Of a stretch of 64,000 nucleotides of DNA, positions 31,115 through 40,005 are shown piece after piece. Position 1 is the stretch's first letter. Every line of letters starts with the position of its first letter. Origin of the DNA: a virus (Duplodnaviria; Caudoviricetes); the IMG/VR virus record IMGVR_UViG_3300028805_000078, positions 52,062 to 116,061 of that record; one strand, given 5' to 3'. A program made the translations under genes and the position numbers. A model generated the notes under the pieces. It did no database searches and was not told where the DNA came from. It was given only the letters and a program-made list of their open reading frames with translations.

Positions 31115-31447
31115 TCAAGAATTCAGCACTTCGACGAGCTCTTCGTCTGTAAGTTCTCTCGGCTTTTCTTGGGTTTTCTTTTTTGAGCGATAGAAATTTG
31201 TAGCAAATTCGCGAGTCCAGTCTGTCCAATCGCTGTCGTCCATGTACTGCGAAGGTGGGTCGATATATACTCTTGTGGCGGATGAACTTGTTGTTACAGA
31301 TGGAGTATATACCCATGTTGATGTTGCTTGCGTTGGTGTAGTAGGTGTAGTAGTAATCCACCCTGAACCTGATGAGGCTGTCAAACCTGATAAGTCTATT
31401 GTCTCAGGTTCTCGTGTTTGATTCAGTGTACGAATATATGGTGGCAT
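31115..31447 (-). CDS. Hypothetical Thr/Ser-rich protein
   Basis: 110-aa ORF with an AAGGA SD; lies between the two 96-bp elements. Confidence 0.5.
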   Translation of the reverse strand: MPPYIRTLNQTREPETIDLSGLTASSGSGWITTTPTTPTQATSTWVYTPSVTTSSSATRVYIDPPSQYMDDSDWTDWTREFATNFYRSKKKTQEKPRELTDEELVEVLNS

Positions 31448-31475
31448 AAATGAATTAATTTCCTTTCAGCAGTTC

Positions 31476-31829
31476 TTATTCACCGTTTAAGATATCCAAT
31501 ATTTTAATATCGATTTCTTTATCGATTGTTTTATCAATTGCTTTATCCGTATTGTTGCTGTATCTATTGCATGCTTCAGTGCTCGTTGTCGCATCGATAT
31601 TCCAATGGCACGTAGGATGGTTTTCTACTATGTTAAACAATTTCTGAAGTTCTTCGTCACTTCCTACATTAGCTAAATCAACATCGATAGTTATATTCGT
31701 TGTGTAAGGAACAGAAAATATCGGCTGATTACAATATCCTCCGTAACAATCCATCGTTTCGGACGACATAGTGACGTTTGCACGTATAGATTCGAAAAAT
31801 TTTATTTCTTCAAATGTGAATCCATTCAT
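31476..31829 (-). CDS. Hypothetical protein
   Basis: 117-aa ORF between the two 96-bp elements. Confidence 0.5.
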   Translation of the reverse strand: MNGFTFEEIKFFESIRANVTMSSETMDCYGGYCNQPIFSVPYTTNITIDVDLANVGSDEELQKLFNIVENHPTCHWNIDATTSTEACNRYSNNTDKAIDKTIDKEIDIKILDILNGE

Positions 31830-31836
31830 AAAATTC

Positions 31837-31932
31837 TTTAGTATTTTATTAGAAAATTAAAGCGTCTGCTTTTAGTAAGGTATTTATACCACCATCGTAA
31901 AACAGACGCTTAATTTCTAGTAATTTATTAGA
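31837..31932. repeat. 96-bp tripartite element, copy 2
   Basis: TTTAGTATTTTATTAGA ... GTAAGGTATTTATACCACC ... TCTAGTAATTTATTAGA; here the spacers are mutually complementary (AGCGTCTG/CAGACGCT). Confidence 0.8.
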
Positions 31933-32266
31933 GAAAATCACCTGAAACATCACGTTTCTTAAGATCTTTCTTGAGATCTTTCTTTGCTTCTCTTGCTTCT
32001 CTCGCCTTCGCTGCGAGTTCAAGAAGTACTTGCTTGCGATTTTCATTCAAATGTTGGCGTTTTTGCTTCGGTGATATCCTGATGTAGCTGACAGGAACGA
32101 AGAAGAAGTAATTTTCTTCGTCAGTTTGCTTCATTGTGCAGTTTTCAGGATCGTTTTCGGCAATTTTCTTCAGTTTTTTAATCCATATCTTGTCACATGT
32201 ATATATTTTTGCCGATTTTTCATCACCAAAAATGTTTATTGTTGTTTCAGTTTCTGATTTAATCAT
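31928..32266 (-). CDS. Conserved phage hypothetical protein
   Basis: ETETTIN...AKIYT...KKL motif and a basic C-terminus. Confidence 0.65.
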   Translation of the reverse strand: MIKSETETTINIFGDEKSAKIYTCDKIWIKKLKKIAENDPENCTMKQTDEENYFFFVPVSYIRISPKQKRQHLNENRKQVLLELAAKAREAREAKKDLKKDLKKRDVSGDFL

Positions 32267-32296
32267 CTTTTTGAATCCTTGTGCCGGTTTTAAACG

Positions 32297-32614
32297 TTAA
32301 TTATAATCAAGTTCGGCATTGAAGAACAAGACAATGTGTTCATTGTAGTAGATATCTATATCTCTGGAATAATATCCGTTCTGAGTTGAATAACACGGCA
32401 CAAAAAACATCTTTCCAGGGTTGCCAAACCTGAAACCAGCGTCTTCTACGGCCTCAAACACAAGATTTTGATCGAAATCAGTCTCATAGGCGAGCGGTTC
32501 AAGCTGTTTGAAGTCAGCATAGTTTACTTCACAGCAATCCGGTTCATGATCATACTCGATTATGTTCCCGTTGTCAAACAAAATCTCGTCATCGTTTACC
32601 TTTTTGATTCTCAT
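32297..32614 (-). CDS. Conserved phage hypothetical protein
   Basis: H..DCCE and PCY..QNGYYS motifs. Confidence 0.65.
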   Translation of the reverse strand: MRIKKVNDDEILFDNGNIIEYDHEPDCCEVNYADFKQLEPLAYETDFDQNLVFEAVEDAGFRFGNPGKMFFVPCYSTQNGYYSRDIDIYYNEHIVLFFNAELDYN

Positions 32615-32810
32615 AAAGTTTTCTCCTTGTTCGCATCATGAGCGCGCCGCAATTCGGGCAATATTCGAGCTCAGATCGGCATCTAGCCTTGCAATTTGCG
32701 CATTCAAACGGGTATTTGTCATCGCTGCGGCAAATACTCCATGTTGAGATTGGTTGCGGCTTGACTTTCGTGAAATCAAACCCGCTAAGATTTATATCAT
32801 TTGTCAGCAT
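32589..32810 (-). CDS. Zinc-ribbon protein
   Basis: CANC...YCPNCG. Confidence 0.6.
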   Translation of the reverse strand: MLTNDINLSGFDFTKVKPQPISTWSICRSDDKYPFECANCKARCRSELEYCPNCGALMMRTRRKLYENQKGKR

Positions 32811-33714
32811 CTTCTGTTTCTTTTCTTACTTCGGCAAACAGCTTGCAGATATCGTGCGAAAAGATAAGTTTACGTTCGGACACAGATGACACGGCGTATT
32901 CCTGTTTAACCATGTCGAGATACATAGTAAACCGTCCGTCTTCACCGAGATAACTGAGGTCCCAGTCTTCCTTTGGCACATGTTTCTTTATATGCAGCTG
33001 GTCAAGCGCGAGATTATCGAAACTGACAGCCGCGAACAGTGTTTTCAGGTTCCCTTTGAACAGAGCATTCTCGAGCGCGGCGATTTTGAATTCAATAGAC
33101 GGAGACAGCTTTTTATAATACGTCTGGCCGCGACCAAAATTCTTGTAACCGAGGATAAGAAGCTTTGCTTTTTGCGCGCCAAGTCTGTAAAGCGCTTCCA
33201 TCGGTACTACACCCGCTATAACATGCGCGACAGCGTCAGGAAACGCTGACAACGCATTGGCTACATCCGGTATTATGTCACGATTTACGGAAACGCCGAG
33301 GCCGTGGAAAAGACCTTCCGCTTTCATGTTTTTGAGATGGATATAGTTTTGAACAAAATGATCCACATGAACAGTCATATTGCAGATCACGTTCTGTTGC
33401 TTCATACGTCTGAGGAAAGCTTCGAGATCGGGATGCTCGAGCACGTTCCCACCACCAAGTGCAAGCTCCGTGCACGGCTTCAGACTGTTAAACAACGGAT
33501 GATTCAGATCCGCAAGCGCACCGTTCGGCGTAGCACACTCGTGGCACATCGGACAGTTTTTATCGCAGCGATCAGAGATCTTGCAATCGATAGACTCCGG
33601 AAACTCCGGCTGAAAATTGTTAAACGCATTCCATCTAATCTTCGTTCCGTGATCTCCGATCAGCACATTATAGTTTCCGTTCTTATAGGTTCCGAGAATT
33701 CTTTCGTTAGTCAT
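32797..33714 (-). CDS. Radical SAM protein
   Basis: CDKNCPMC (CxxxCxxC) and ALGGGN; start reassigned to MTNERIL. Confidence 0.85.
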   Translation of the reverse strand: MTNERILGTYKNGNYNVLIGDHGTKIRWNAFNNFQPEFPESIDCKISDRCDKNCPMCHECATPNGALADLNHPLFNSLKPCTELALGGGNVLEHPDLEAFLRRMKQQNVICNMTVHVDHFVQNYIHLKNMKAEGLFHGLGVSVNRDIIPDVANALSAFPDAVAHVIAGVVPMEALYRLGAQKAKLLILGYKNFGRGQTYYKKLSPSIEFKIAALENALFKGNLKTLFAAVSFDNLALDQLHIKKHVPKEDWDLSYLGEDGRFTMYLDMVKQEYAVSSVSERKLIFSHDICKLFAEVRKETEDADK

Positions 33715-34321
33715 TTTTTTCTTCCTTATATTCAGGATATTCGTCATAGAATTGCGCCATTGTATCATATACAACTTTGACTTTCTTATCGTTCCATGCC
33801 GGTGTATTCAGCACTCTGTCGAACACGTTGTATTCGTCGCCATCGATAACGACCATATAGCGGTCATCAAAGATGAAATCTTCAAGCGAAACATCGTATT
33901 TCTTCAGGAAACTCTGCAGCATACCATCTGACTGGTGGTCAACATATCCGTAAAAAGTTTTTCTTATTTCTTCGTCTTTCTTTGAATCATATTGCCATGT
34001 TACAGGATACTCGATCTCTTTGAAGTGCGGGTATCTTTTACGGAGCATTGATTCGATCTCTTTGCGTTTCCCTTTTGCGTTTTTATCATATGCGTAAGAC
34101 GCTATTGCGTAACACATGCGACGATACCAGTCGGTCAACAGATCAAACGGATAGCGTCCAAACGTAATATCATCCTCATAAATGTAGATTTTTCCTGTCT
34201 TATCAGATATGTGCCAATCGCACCTTTTCGGATCGCTATTTTCGGCAATGCCATCAAAGATTACGAGCGCATGCGAGCTCGAAGAGTTTGTTTCAAAAAT
34301 GTTCTGTCTGATCTGAATCAT
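33707..34321 (-). CDS. FETNSSS-motif protein
   Basis: N-terminal IRQNIFETNSSSSH and GYVDHQS; overlaps the radical SAM start. Confidence 0.7.
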   Translation of the reverse strand: MIQIRQNIFETNSSSSHALVIFDGIAENSDPKRCDWHISDKTGKIYIYEDDITFGRYPFDLLTDWYRRMCYAIASYAYDKNAKGKRKEIESMLRKRYPHFKEIEYPVTWQYDSKKDEEIRKTFYGYVDHQSDGMLQSFLKKYDVSLEDFIFDDRYMVVIDGDEYNVFDRVLNTPAWNDKKVKVVYDTMAQFYDEYPEYKEEKND

Positions 34322-34461
34322 AATTCTCCTTTATATAGCAGCCAGGAATAAATGGTATAAGCTTGAATAAGTATTCTATTGTTCCGGCGTACCATATTAT
34401 CGTTCCGTCCGGCGTTTGCGCTGTGAATTCGAGGCGCTTTGTGAGTTCATTCACAACCGTA

Positions 34462-34857
34462 TTAAAGTCTTCCATTTACTGAATTCAAATACTCCTTTGT
34501 GCAATGATCGATGATTTCTTTAAACTGTTCGATATCGACGTCCATGTTTGAATACGCATCGCGCATTGGATATTTGTACCATTTGATCTCAAGGCCAGTT
34601 GGTTTGTATACAAAATTCGGGAGTTCTGCGATACACTCATCTTCGCCCCAGTAATACGGGCGCAGCGTAAACGTATCGTTGTCTATAAAATCAGAGCCGT
34701 CATCGTTGTGCCCGTAGAAATCGCAGTTGATCGAATATAGGAATTCTACGAAAACATCCTGGTATTCTTTGCGAGGTTCTACGTGATACAACCCGTGGCT
34801 GTTCCCAAAAAACAAATTACCGAGTTCCATTTCGGAAATGTTTTCAAATTTCTTCAC
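34462..34857 (-). CDS. Conserved phage hypothetical protein
   Basis: PNFVYKPTGLEIKWYKY motif. Confidence 0.6.
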   Translation of the reverse strand: MKKFENISEMELGNLFFGNSHGLYHVEPRKEYQDVFVEFLYSINCDFYGHNDDGSDFIDNDTFTLRPYYWGEDECIAELPNFVYKPTGLEIKWYKYPMRDAYSNMDVDIEQFKEIIDHCTKEYLNSVNGRL

Positions 34858-35278
34858 CCTTCTGTCCTTTCAGCTCGTTAACAAGATCCATGTGATTTGT
34901 CATTTTACGTCCGCATTTCGGGCAGTATTTCATGAACCTCGCCGTAATGCCCTGCATTGTCTGACAGTTGGAACAGTACCAATGATTGCGGCGGTCAAGT
35001 ATCCACTCGGCAGTTTTCTGCTGAGGATCTCGCGTATTATTCTTTTCGGCAGCTTCGTTCCATTTTTTCACAACGGAGTTGAACAATTGTAAGCAGGCGT
35101 CAAACGACACATAAGGTCCGTACTTAGGACCGGTGTAAAGATACATGCACTGTTCTGTACAGCCATCGTCACAGCTTACGAAAGCTTTTATTTCGCGCTC
35201 GTTATGATATTTGATCCCGCTGTGAGCACTGCCGCCACAAACAGGGCATGGTTTAAGCATGTGATCAAACATCGGCAT
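34844..35278 (-). CDS. Lar-like / zinc-ribbon fusion protein
   Basis: LKPCPVCGG N-terminus (Lar-type) and C-terminal CSNC...YCPKCG. Confidence 0.55.
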   Translation of the reverse strand: MPMFDHMLKPCPVCGGSAHSGIKYHNEREIKAFVSCDDGCTEQCMYLYTGPKYGPYVSFDACLQLFNSVVKKWNEAAEKNNTRDPQQKTAEWILDRRNHWYCSNCQTMQGITARFMKYCPKCGRKMTNHMDLVNELKGQKGEEI

Positions 35279-35292
35279 TCACCTTCTTCTCG

Positions 35293-35673
35293 TCACTTTT
35301 CAATGCTTTCCACGAAGCAGTTCCAATAGATGCACCGTTTGCCGTCATAGTCAAACATGATTCCCCCGTTCTCATCCTCGATATTGAATCTGCCCTCGTA
35401 TTCTGCAAGCAATGTTCCGTCAGCCGTGTAAACCCTCACGACCCTGTTCATACCACTTATGCCGCTTTTTGTGCTTTTGATCTGCGCTTTGCCAGTTTCG
35501 GTGTTTGCGTAGAAGCAAGCTGCGCCAACTCCAATTGCCAGTGAAAGTACAATGCAAATCGCAATTGACCAACTAGGCAGATGGTTGTGATAAGATAATA
35601 AATTCCAACAAAGGCCGAAAATAATACCAGCAACTAAAGCGGTGACAAATCCGATTACGATTGCAACAATCAT
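35293..35673 (-). CDS. Two-TM membrane protein
   Basis: Two hydrophobic helices followed by RVVRVYTADG. Confidence 0.6.
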   Translation of the reverse strand: MIVAIVIGFVTALVAGIIFGLCWNLLSYHNHLPSWSIAICIVLSLAIGVGAACFYANTETGKAQIKSTKSGISGMNRVVRVYTADGTLLAEYEGRFNIEDENGGIMFDYDGKRCIYWNCFVESIEK

Positions 35674-36008
35674 TTGTTTTCTATCCTTTCTCTATCCATA
35701 TTCGCGCCGCAATGTGGGCAGTAAACGTATTGACCCGTATGTACTTCGATGAATTTCATAACAAAGCCACATTCGCTGCATCGCGCTCTTAATGCCCATG
35801 TTTTAATACCTACAATATCATAAGCATCCTCAGTTTCAATCTCTATCCATCGCCCGTGCTTAACGGGTACAGCGTCAACAGTAGGTGCGTCTTTAATCCA
35901 ATCTCTCAGCGCCTTAAAGAACTTTTTAATCTCAGGCAAGTTGCAATTCACTTCGCGCTTTGCTTTAGTCAAATCTTTCAGCAGCGCGTCCGCATAGATT
36001 AGTCTCAT
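35670..36008 (-). CDS. MRLID-type zinc-ribbon protein
   Basis: MRLIYADAL...APTVDAVPVKHGRW...CSECG...YCPHCG. Confidence 0.65.
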   Translation of the reverse strand: MRLIYADALLKDLTKAKREVNCNLPEIKKFFKALRDWIKDAPTVDAVPVKHGRWIEIETEDAYDIVGIKTWALRARCSECGFVMKFIEVHTGQYVYCPHCGANMDRERIENK

Positions 36009-36292
36009 TTGCTCACCTTCTCCCCGTCCATCTTCTCAGCTAAAAAGCAGAATCCATTGGGGTCGACTTTACTTTCTGTGTTTGCCCATCTGTTGCAAGT
36101 CGGCACATCGTTCGCCGCTAAAACAGGTACACCGTGAAAGTCTGCCCAGAAATCTTTTACGCAGTAATACTTGCAGTCCTTACAGCGTATCACTGGAACG
36201 GCGTTTTTTATAGCATCTTCTAAATCCCATTCATAATCTTCTGGCACATCTTCATCTTCAAACCAATGTCTTTCGGTCAAACCCATTTTCAC
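36005..36292 (-). CDS. Cys-rich small protein
   Basis: VPVIRCKDCKY...FC. Confidence 0.55.
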   Translation of the reverse strand: MKMGLTERHWFEDEDVPEDYEWDLEDAIKNAVPVIRCKDCKYYCVKDFWADFHGVPVLAANDVPTCNRWANTESKVDPNGFCFLAEKMDGEKVSK

Positions 36293-36559
36293 TCACCGCC
36301 TTGCTATTTCAAACAATATTTGTAATCCATTACCTATACTATCAAGAGCCCTTTGCTTTTCAATTGGAAGCTCTTCAATCATTTTATTAGTTTTTCTAAT
36401 TGGGCACCAATCTGGAACAGAGGATAAATCAATAGTAATATTTAAATAAGCGTTTGTTTCTGATTGCATTGTTTGCATTTGATAATCACAAAAGGGCGAA
36501 CCAAGCCGCTCATTTTTAAAAAAGCAATCTCCACAACATTTTGGCTCATTTAATTTCAT
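36293..36559 (-). CDS. Cys-rich small protein
   Basis: PKCCGDCFF...PDWCP; start moved to MKLNEP (AGGAGG SD). Confidence 0.55.
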   Translation of the reverse strand: MKLNEPKCCGDCFFKNERLGSPFCDYQMQTMQSETNAYLNITIDLSSVPDWCPIRKTNKMIEELPIEKQRALDSIGNGLQILFEIARR

Positions 36560-36705
36560 AAGCTTCCTCCTTCGGCTGCCTACGTATTTCAAACCGTAAA
36601 TCTGATTCGTTAAAAGCTTCTTCGAACACAGCTCTGATAAACAGAGTCGCGTCGTCAATCGTCATATCGCTTGCCCGTAGCTCAAATTTTCCGTCGCCAT
36701 AACGT

Positions 36706-37032
36706 CTATAAACTTGATATTGGTCTTCCCACATTATCTTTATCCTCTAAATCCATCTTTGCGCCGCAGTTGGGGCAATATGATAGTTCTTCTTCTCTTG
36801 TCCAACTGTTCCTCAATCCCTTCATATGCCACTGACATTCGGAGCATTCATAATGTCCGTGATATTCAGGCGGCATCATTCCCGTCATCTTTACCCAACG
36901 CCCACGCACCACGGGTACAACGTCGACAGTAGGGGTGGTGTTGATTTCTCCAACGATGTAACTGGTGTGATAATAATCTGGCGGTTTATCCATAAAACGA
37001 TGCATTAGCGCATCCAAATCTCCAAGTCTCAT
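36706..37032 (-). CDS. MRLID-type zinc-ribbon protein
   Basis: Paralogue of 35670..36008. Confidence 0.65.
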   Translation of the reverse strand: MRLGDLDALMHRFMDKPPDYYHTSYIVGEINTTPTVDVVPVVRGRWVKMTGMMPPEYHGHYECSECQWHMKGLRNSWTREEELSYCPNCGAKMDLEDKDNVGRPISSL

Positions 37033-37321
37033 TCCACGTCACCATCCTTTAACTTAACACGTTTCAATTCATCAACTCTGCTACTGATTAATCTCAATAA
37101 TGCCGCCTGGCATTCTTCACATCCTTCTGTCCACATTTTTATTTCTTCTATAGTTCCATATTGCGGTGCGGAAAATCTCATTGAACACATTTCCGCTGCT
37201 AAGCGTTCCAGTTCATTTACAATTTCATTCATCCCACTTCACCCCCTCAATTATTTTGAAATCCTCAACACGGCAGAAATAATTGCTATTACAAATGCAA
37301 TGATTGATATTATCAACGCTG

Positions 37322-37792
37322 TCATTTTAAGTCACCTCCCTCCGGTTGTTCGGGTAGTGGCATCCAGTGGGTGACGAAATCTTCGATGACTACGGAACTA
37401 TACTCGTCCCAATTGTGTATAACCTCGTACCAGCCCTCTTTCAGATAGTATTCATCATCTTCCTCGCTGTAATCATAGCAATCTGTGTCATCAGGATAGT
37501 TACCTTCTGAGATAGAATATTCTTCAGCATGGTATGCCTCGCATACATACTTCTTTTTGCTGCCGTTCAGTAATTTGATTTCGCAGATGGCGAGAACAGG
37601 TTTCCCGCTCTCGGGAAACCTGTCCTTGACGCTTATCCACTCCCGCTCTTTAAGCAGTTCCAGCGCCTCTTTGCTTAAAGTTGGAGAACACTTGTCTTCG
37701 TTAAAATAGGGGCAAAACTCCGAATCGTTTGTTTCGCATACTCTGTTACTATGCGCTTCTAACCCTTTGATAACCTTTTCAAGCTTAGTCAT
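37322..37792 (-). CDS. DUF551-domain protein
   Basis: WISVKDRFP...VTHWMPLPEQP. Confidence 0.75.
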   Translation of the reverse strand: MTKLEKVIKGLEAHSNRVCETNDSEFCPYFNEDKCSPTLSKEALELLKEREWISVKDRFPESGKPVLAICEIKLLNGSKKKYVCEAYHAEEYSISEGNYPDDTDCYDYSEEDDEYYLKEGWYEVIHNWDEYSSVVIEDFVTHWMPLPEQPEGGDLK

Positions 37793-38090
37793 TCCACTTC
37801 ACCGCCTTTCCGCACATCCAACAGAACTTTGACTTCAACCCTTCTAATGCGGGAAGCGGAGCTCTGCAATGTCCGCATCTCCCGTATGTATGATTCCAAT
37901 ATGTTTCATCTATCGGTTTAACAGGTTCCTGTTCTTTTAGGAGTTGAAGCGCATCGAACTGTATTTGAGTAACGCAGTCATCTTCAACATCTGTGAAATA
38001 CGGGCAATTGTTACAACCATCTTCTGCGTATAAAATGTTTTCGTGAGTGCAATGCTTCAGCCCTTCTATAACTTTTTCAAGCTCCGCCAT
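37785..38090 (-). CDS. Zinc-ribbon protein
   Basis: LEKVIEGL N-terminus shared with 37322..37792; CGHC...FCWMCG. Confidence 0.6.
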   Translation of the reverse strand: MAELEKVIEGLKHCTHENILYAEDGCNNCPYFTDVEDDCVTQIQFDALQLLKEQEPVKPIDETYWNHTYGRCGHCRAPLPALEGLKSKFCWMCGKAVKWND

Positions 38091-38285
38091 TACTGTTGTC
38101 CTTTCAATATCCATGCTCAATTGCCCAAGTACTTTCATGGGCAAGTTTCGTAAATTTGTTTATATAATCGGCGGCTTCACCTTTCGTATTTCCTTCAAAC
38201 GGAGGAAGAGGATAAGGCGAATGTTCCTGCATTTCTGCAATATACGACAGTTGTTTGTCCGTTGCCTTATCGTTTCGCCAGTTTT

Positions 38286-38573
38286 TCATTTTTCAACCTT
38301 TACTGACAACACAGTGTCTTTCAGAATTTGTTCGAACGTGTCATTGAGCACCTGTTTAAGGATCTCTTCTCTTGCCGGACCGAACCACTTGTTTTTGAAC
38401 TTCATAACGGCTTTACTGTATGTTTCGTCTCCGTAATCGCCGCTCGTATACCATTCGATGTCGTGCATGAGCGTACACAGATCCTTCCATAAGGCGCGAA
38501 TTTCGAGGTCGGGTATAAGGTGCGTTATTTCTTCCATTCTCCCGAAGAAATAATCCATACTTCCGCCGCTCAT
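38286..38573 (-). CDS. Conserved phage hypothetical protein
   Basis: MSGGSMDY...HDIEWYTSGD motif. Confidence 0.65.
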   Translation of the reverse strand: MSGGSMDYFFGRMEEITHLIPDLEIRALWKDLCTLMHDIEWYTSGDYGDETYSKAVMKFKNKWFGPAREEILKQVLNDTFEQILKDTVLSVKVEK

Positions 38574-38870
38574 TACTTCATCTCCCTGACGGCTTTATCG
38601 ATATCGGGCGTCGTCGTATAGCCGGGCAGACCGTCAAAAAACTGTCTGAGAGACGCGAACAATTCAGGATGTTTGATTTCAATATAGCCAAGATAAAGCC
38701 TGAGATTATAAACGGTGTTGCGCAGACGAACATTTTCGTCATTCAGTTGCTCAATCTTCTTTTTTCCGAACAGCATAATGATTTTCTCCTTTGAAAGTAT
38801 AAAAATGGGGAACATAATCAGGTTTCAATAGTGAAAATGTTCCCCAAAGTTTAGTTAAAGTTTAGTTGTT

Positions 38871-39107
38871 TTACGCCCTGAAGCGTTCTACCGCAGCAGG
38901 AAATACGCCGTCATGCGTTTCGTTTACGAGATACATATCATCCCATTCGCTCCACGCATACATAACACCGATCAGTGACTTAGGCGCAACGGAATAGCGG
39001 CCGCTGCCGTCGATGAGCGTGTAACCGTCAGCGTCGAATGCGTTCACGAAATCAACGATATCCGTCTTTGTGTCAAGATGAATCCTTACTTTAGTCATTG
39101 TCTTCAT
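38871..39107 (-). CDS. HPr-like protein
   Basis: GRYSVAPKSLIGVM resembles the HPr Ser46 region (KSIMGVM); similar size; no His15 motif. Confidence 0.5.
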   Translation of the reverse strand: MKTMTKVRIHLDTKTDIVDFVNAFDADGYTLIDGSGRYSVAPKSLIGVMYAWSEWDDMYLVNETHDGVFPAAVERFRA

Positions 39108-39456
39108 CCTCCTCGAAATCAGAATCTGTCAACTTGTTAAATGATTCGCTGACTAAATCAGAGATACGTTTGAGAAGCAGCATGCTGGCATCCTCTTCGT
39201 CTACTTCCGAATAAGCATTAAACGCTTCTCTTTCCTTCTTGTGCGCTTCATCGAAAGCCTTCATTGCCTCGATAAGGTTGTTGCGGAGTTCGGTTCTGTT
39301 GTCCTTTTTCGTTGCTTCTTCAGCCTGCTTTTTAATTCTCTCAAACTCGCGGCGCATCTTTGCATTCTCGATCTTGAACTTCATTTCTGCCGCAACACAT
39401 TCTGCCTGCGTATCGTAATTCTTGTTCGTGATGTCAGAATAATACATTGTTCTCAT
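39091..39456 (-). CDS. Coiled-coil hypothetical protein
   Basis: YYSDITNKNYDT..EC..AE motif; SD AAGGAG. Confidence 0.6.
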   Translation of the reverse strand: MRTMYYSDITNKNYDTQAECVAAEMKFKIENAKMRREFERIKKQAEEATKKDNRTELRNNLIEAMKAFDEAHKKEREAFNAYSEVDEEDASMLLLKRISDLVSESFNKLTDSDFEEDEDND

Positions 39457-39499
39457 ACTTAATTTCTCCTTTATAAACCTAATAATTATTAATATAAAC

Positions 39500-39720
39500 T
39501 GCACCTGCTAACTATGACGGCGGCATCCATCCCCGTCACCAATACAACCTCGATGCAAGCAGGAAGCGTGGGGTAGATAAATCCAAGAGTACCGCTTCGA
39601 AACACACAAGGATGAATTAGTGTGTCCTGTACTCCCGTCCCCCCTGGTTGCGCTATGCTGGTTTCAATTGTGCCATATGTCCGTCAGTGGTGCGCTTGCA
39701 TCAGTGGCGTAGACGGAACG
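39500..39720 (-). ncRNA. Candidate structured RNA leader
   Basis: GC-rich intergenic region with stems UCCGUC/GACGGA, GGGAGUAC/GUACUCUU, ACACAC/GUGUGU, GAUGCAAGC/GCUUGCAUC and UGACGG/CCGUCA. Confidence 0.55.
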
Positions 39721-39990
39721 TTATTTTTCGTCTTCGCTGTTGAATGGATTGCCGTTGACAATGCTGTAATCATCGCTAAGCCCGCCGCACGCATAGTACC
39801 AGTCGATTTCATGATACGCAAAATCGTCATTCTCTTCGCTTAATGGACAATCATCCATACGTTTTTTCTTAAAGGGAAAGTTGTAACCACTCGAATGATA
39901 TGTCACATTGCAAAATGGATAATCTCCGCTGTAATCAAACATTGGACAATCATCGCAGGAATTTGGCATTTCCATTTTGATTCTTAGCAT
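39721..39990 (-). CDS. Cys-rich small protein
   Basis: MPNSCDDCP...CPL. Confidence 0.55.
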   Translation of the reverse strand: MLRIKMEMPNSCDDCPMFDYSGDYPFCNVTYHSSGYNFPFKKKRMDDCPLSEENDDFAYHEIDWYYACGGLSDDYSIVNGNPFNSEDEK

Positions 39991-40005
39991 TATTAATTAT
40001 CCTTT

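Noticed and set aside
31051-31893. TATAAATA on the - strand as a T4-type late promoter
   Set aside because: Not a T4-like phage; copy 1 points directly into a terminator; the flanking palindromic boxes are unexplained by that model.
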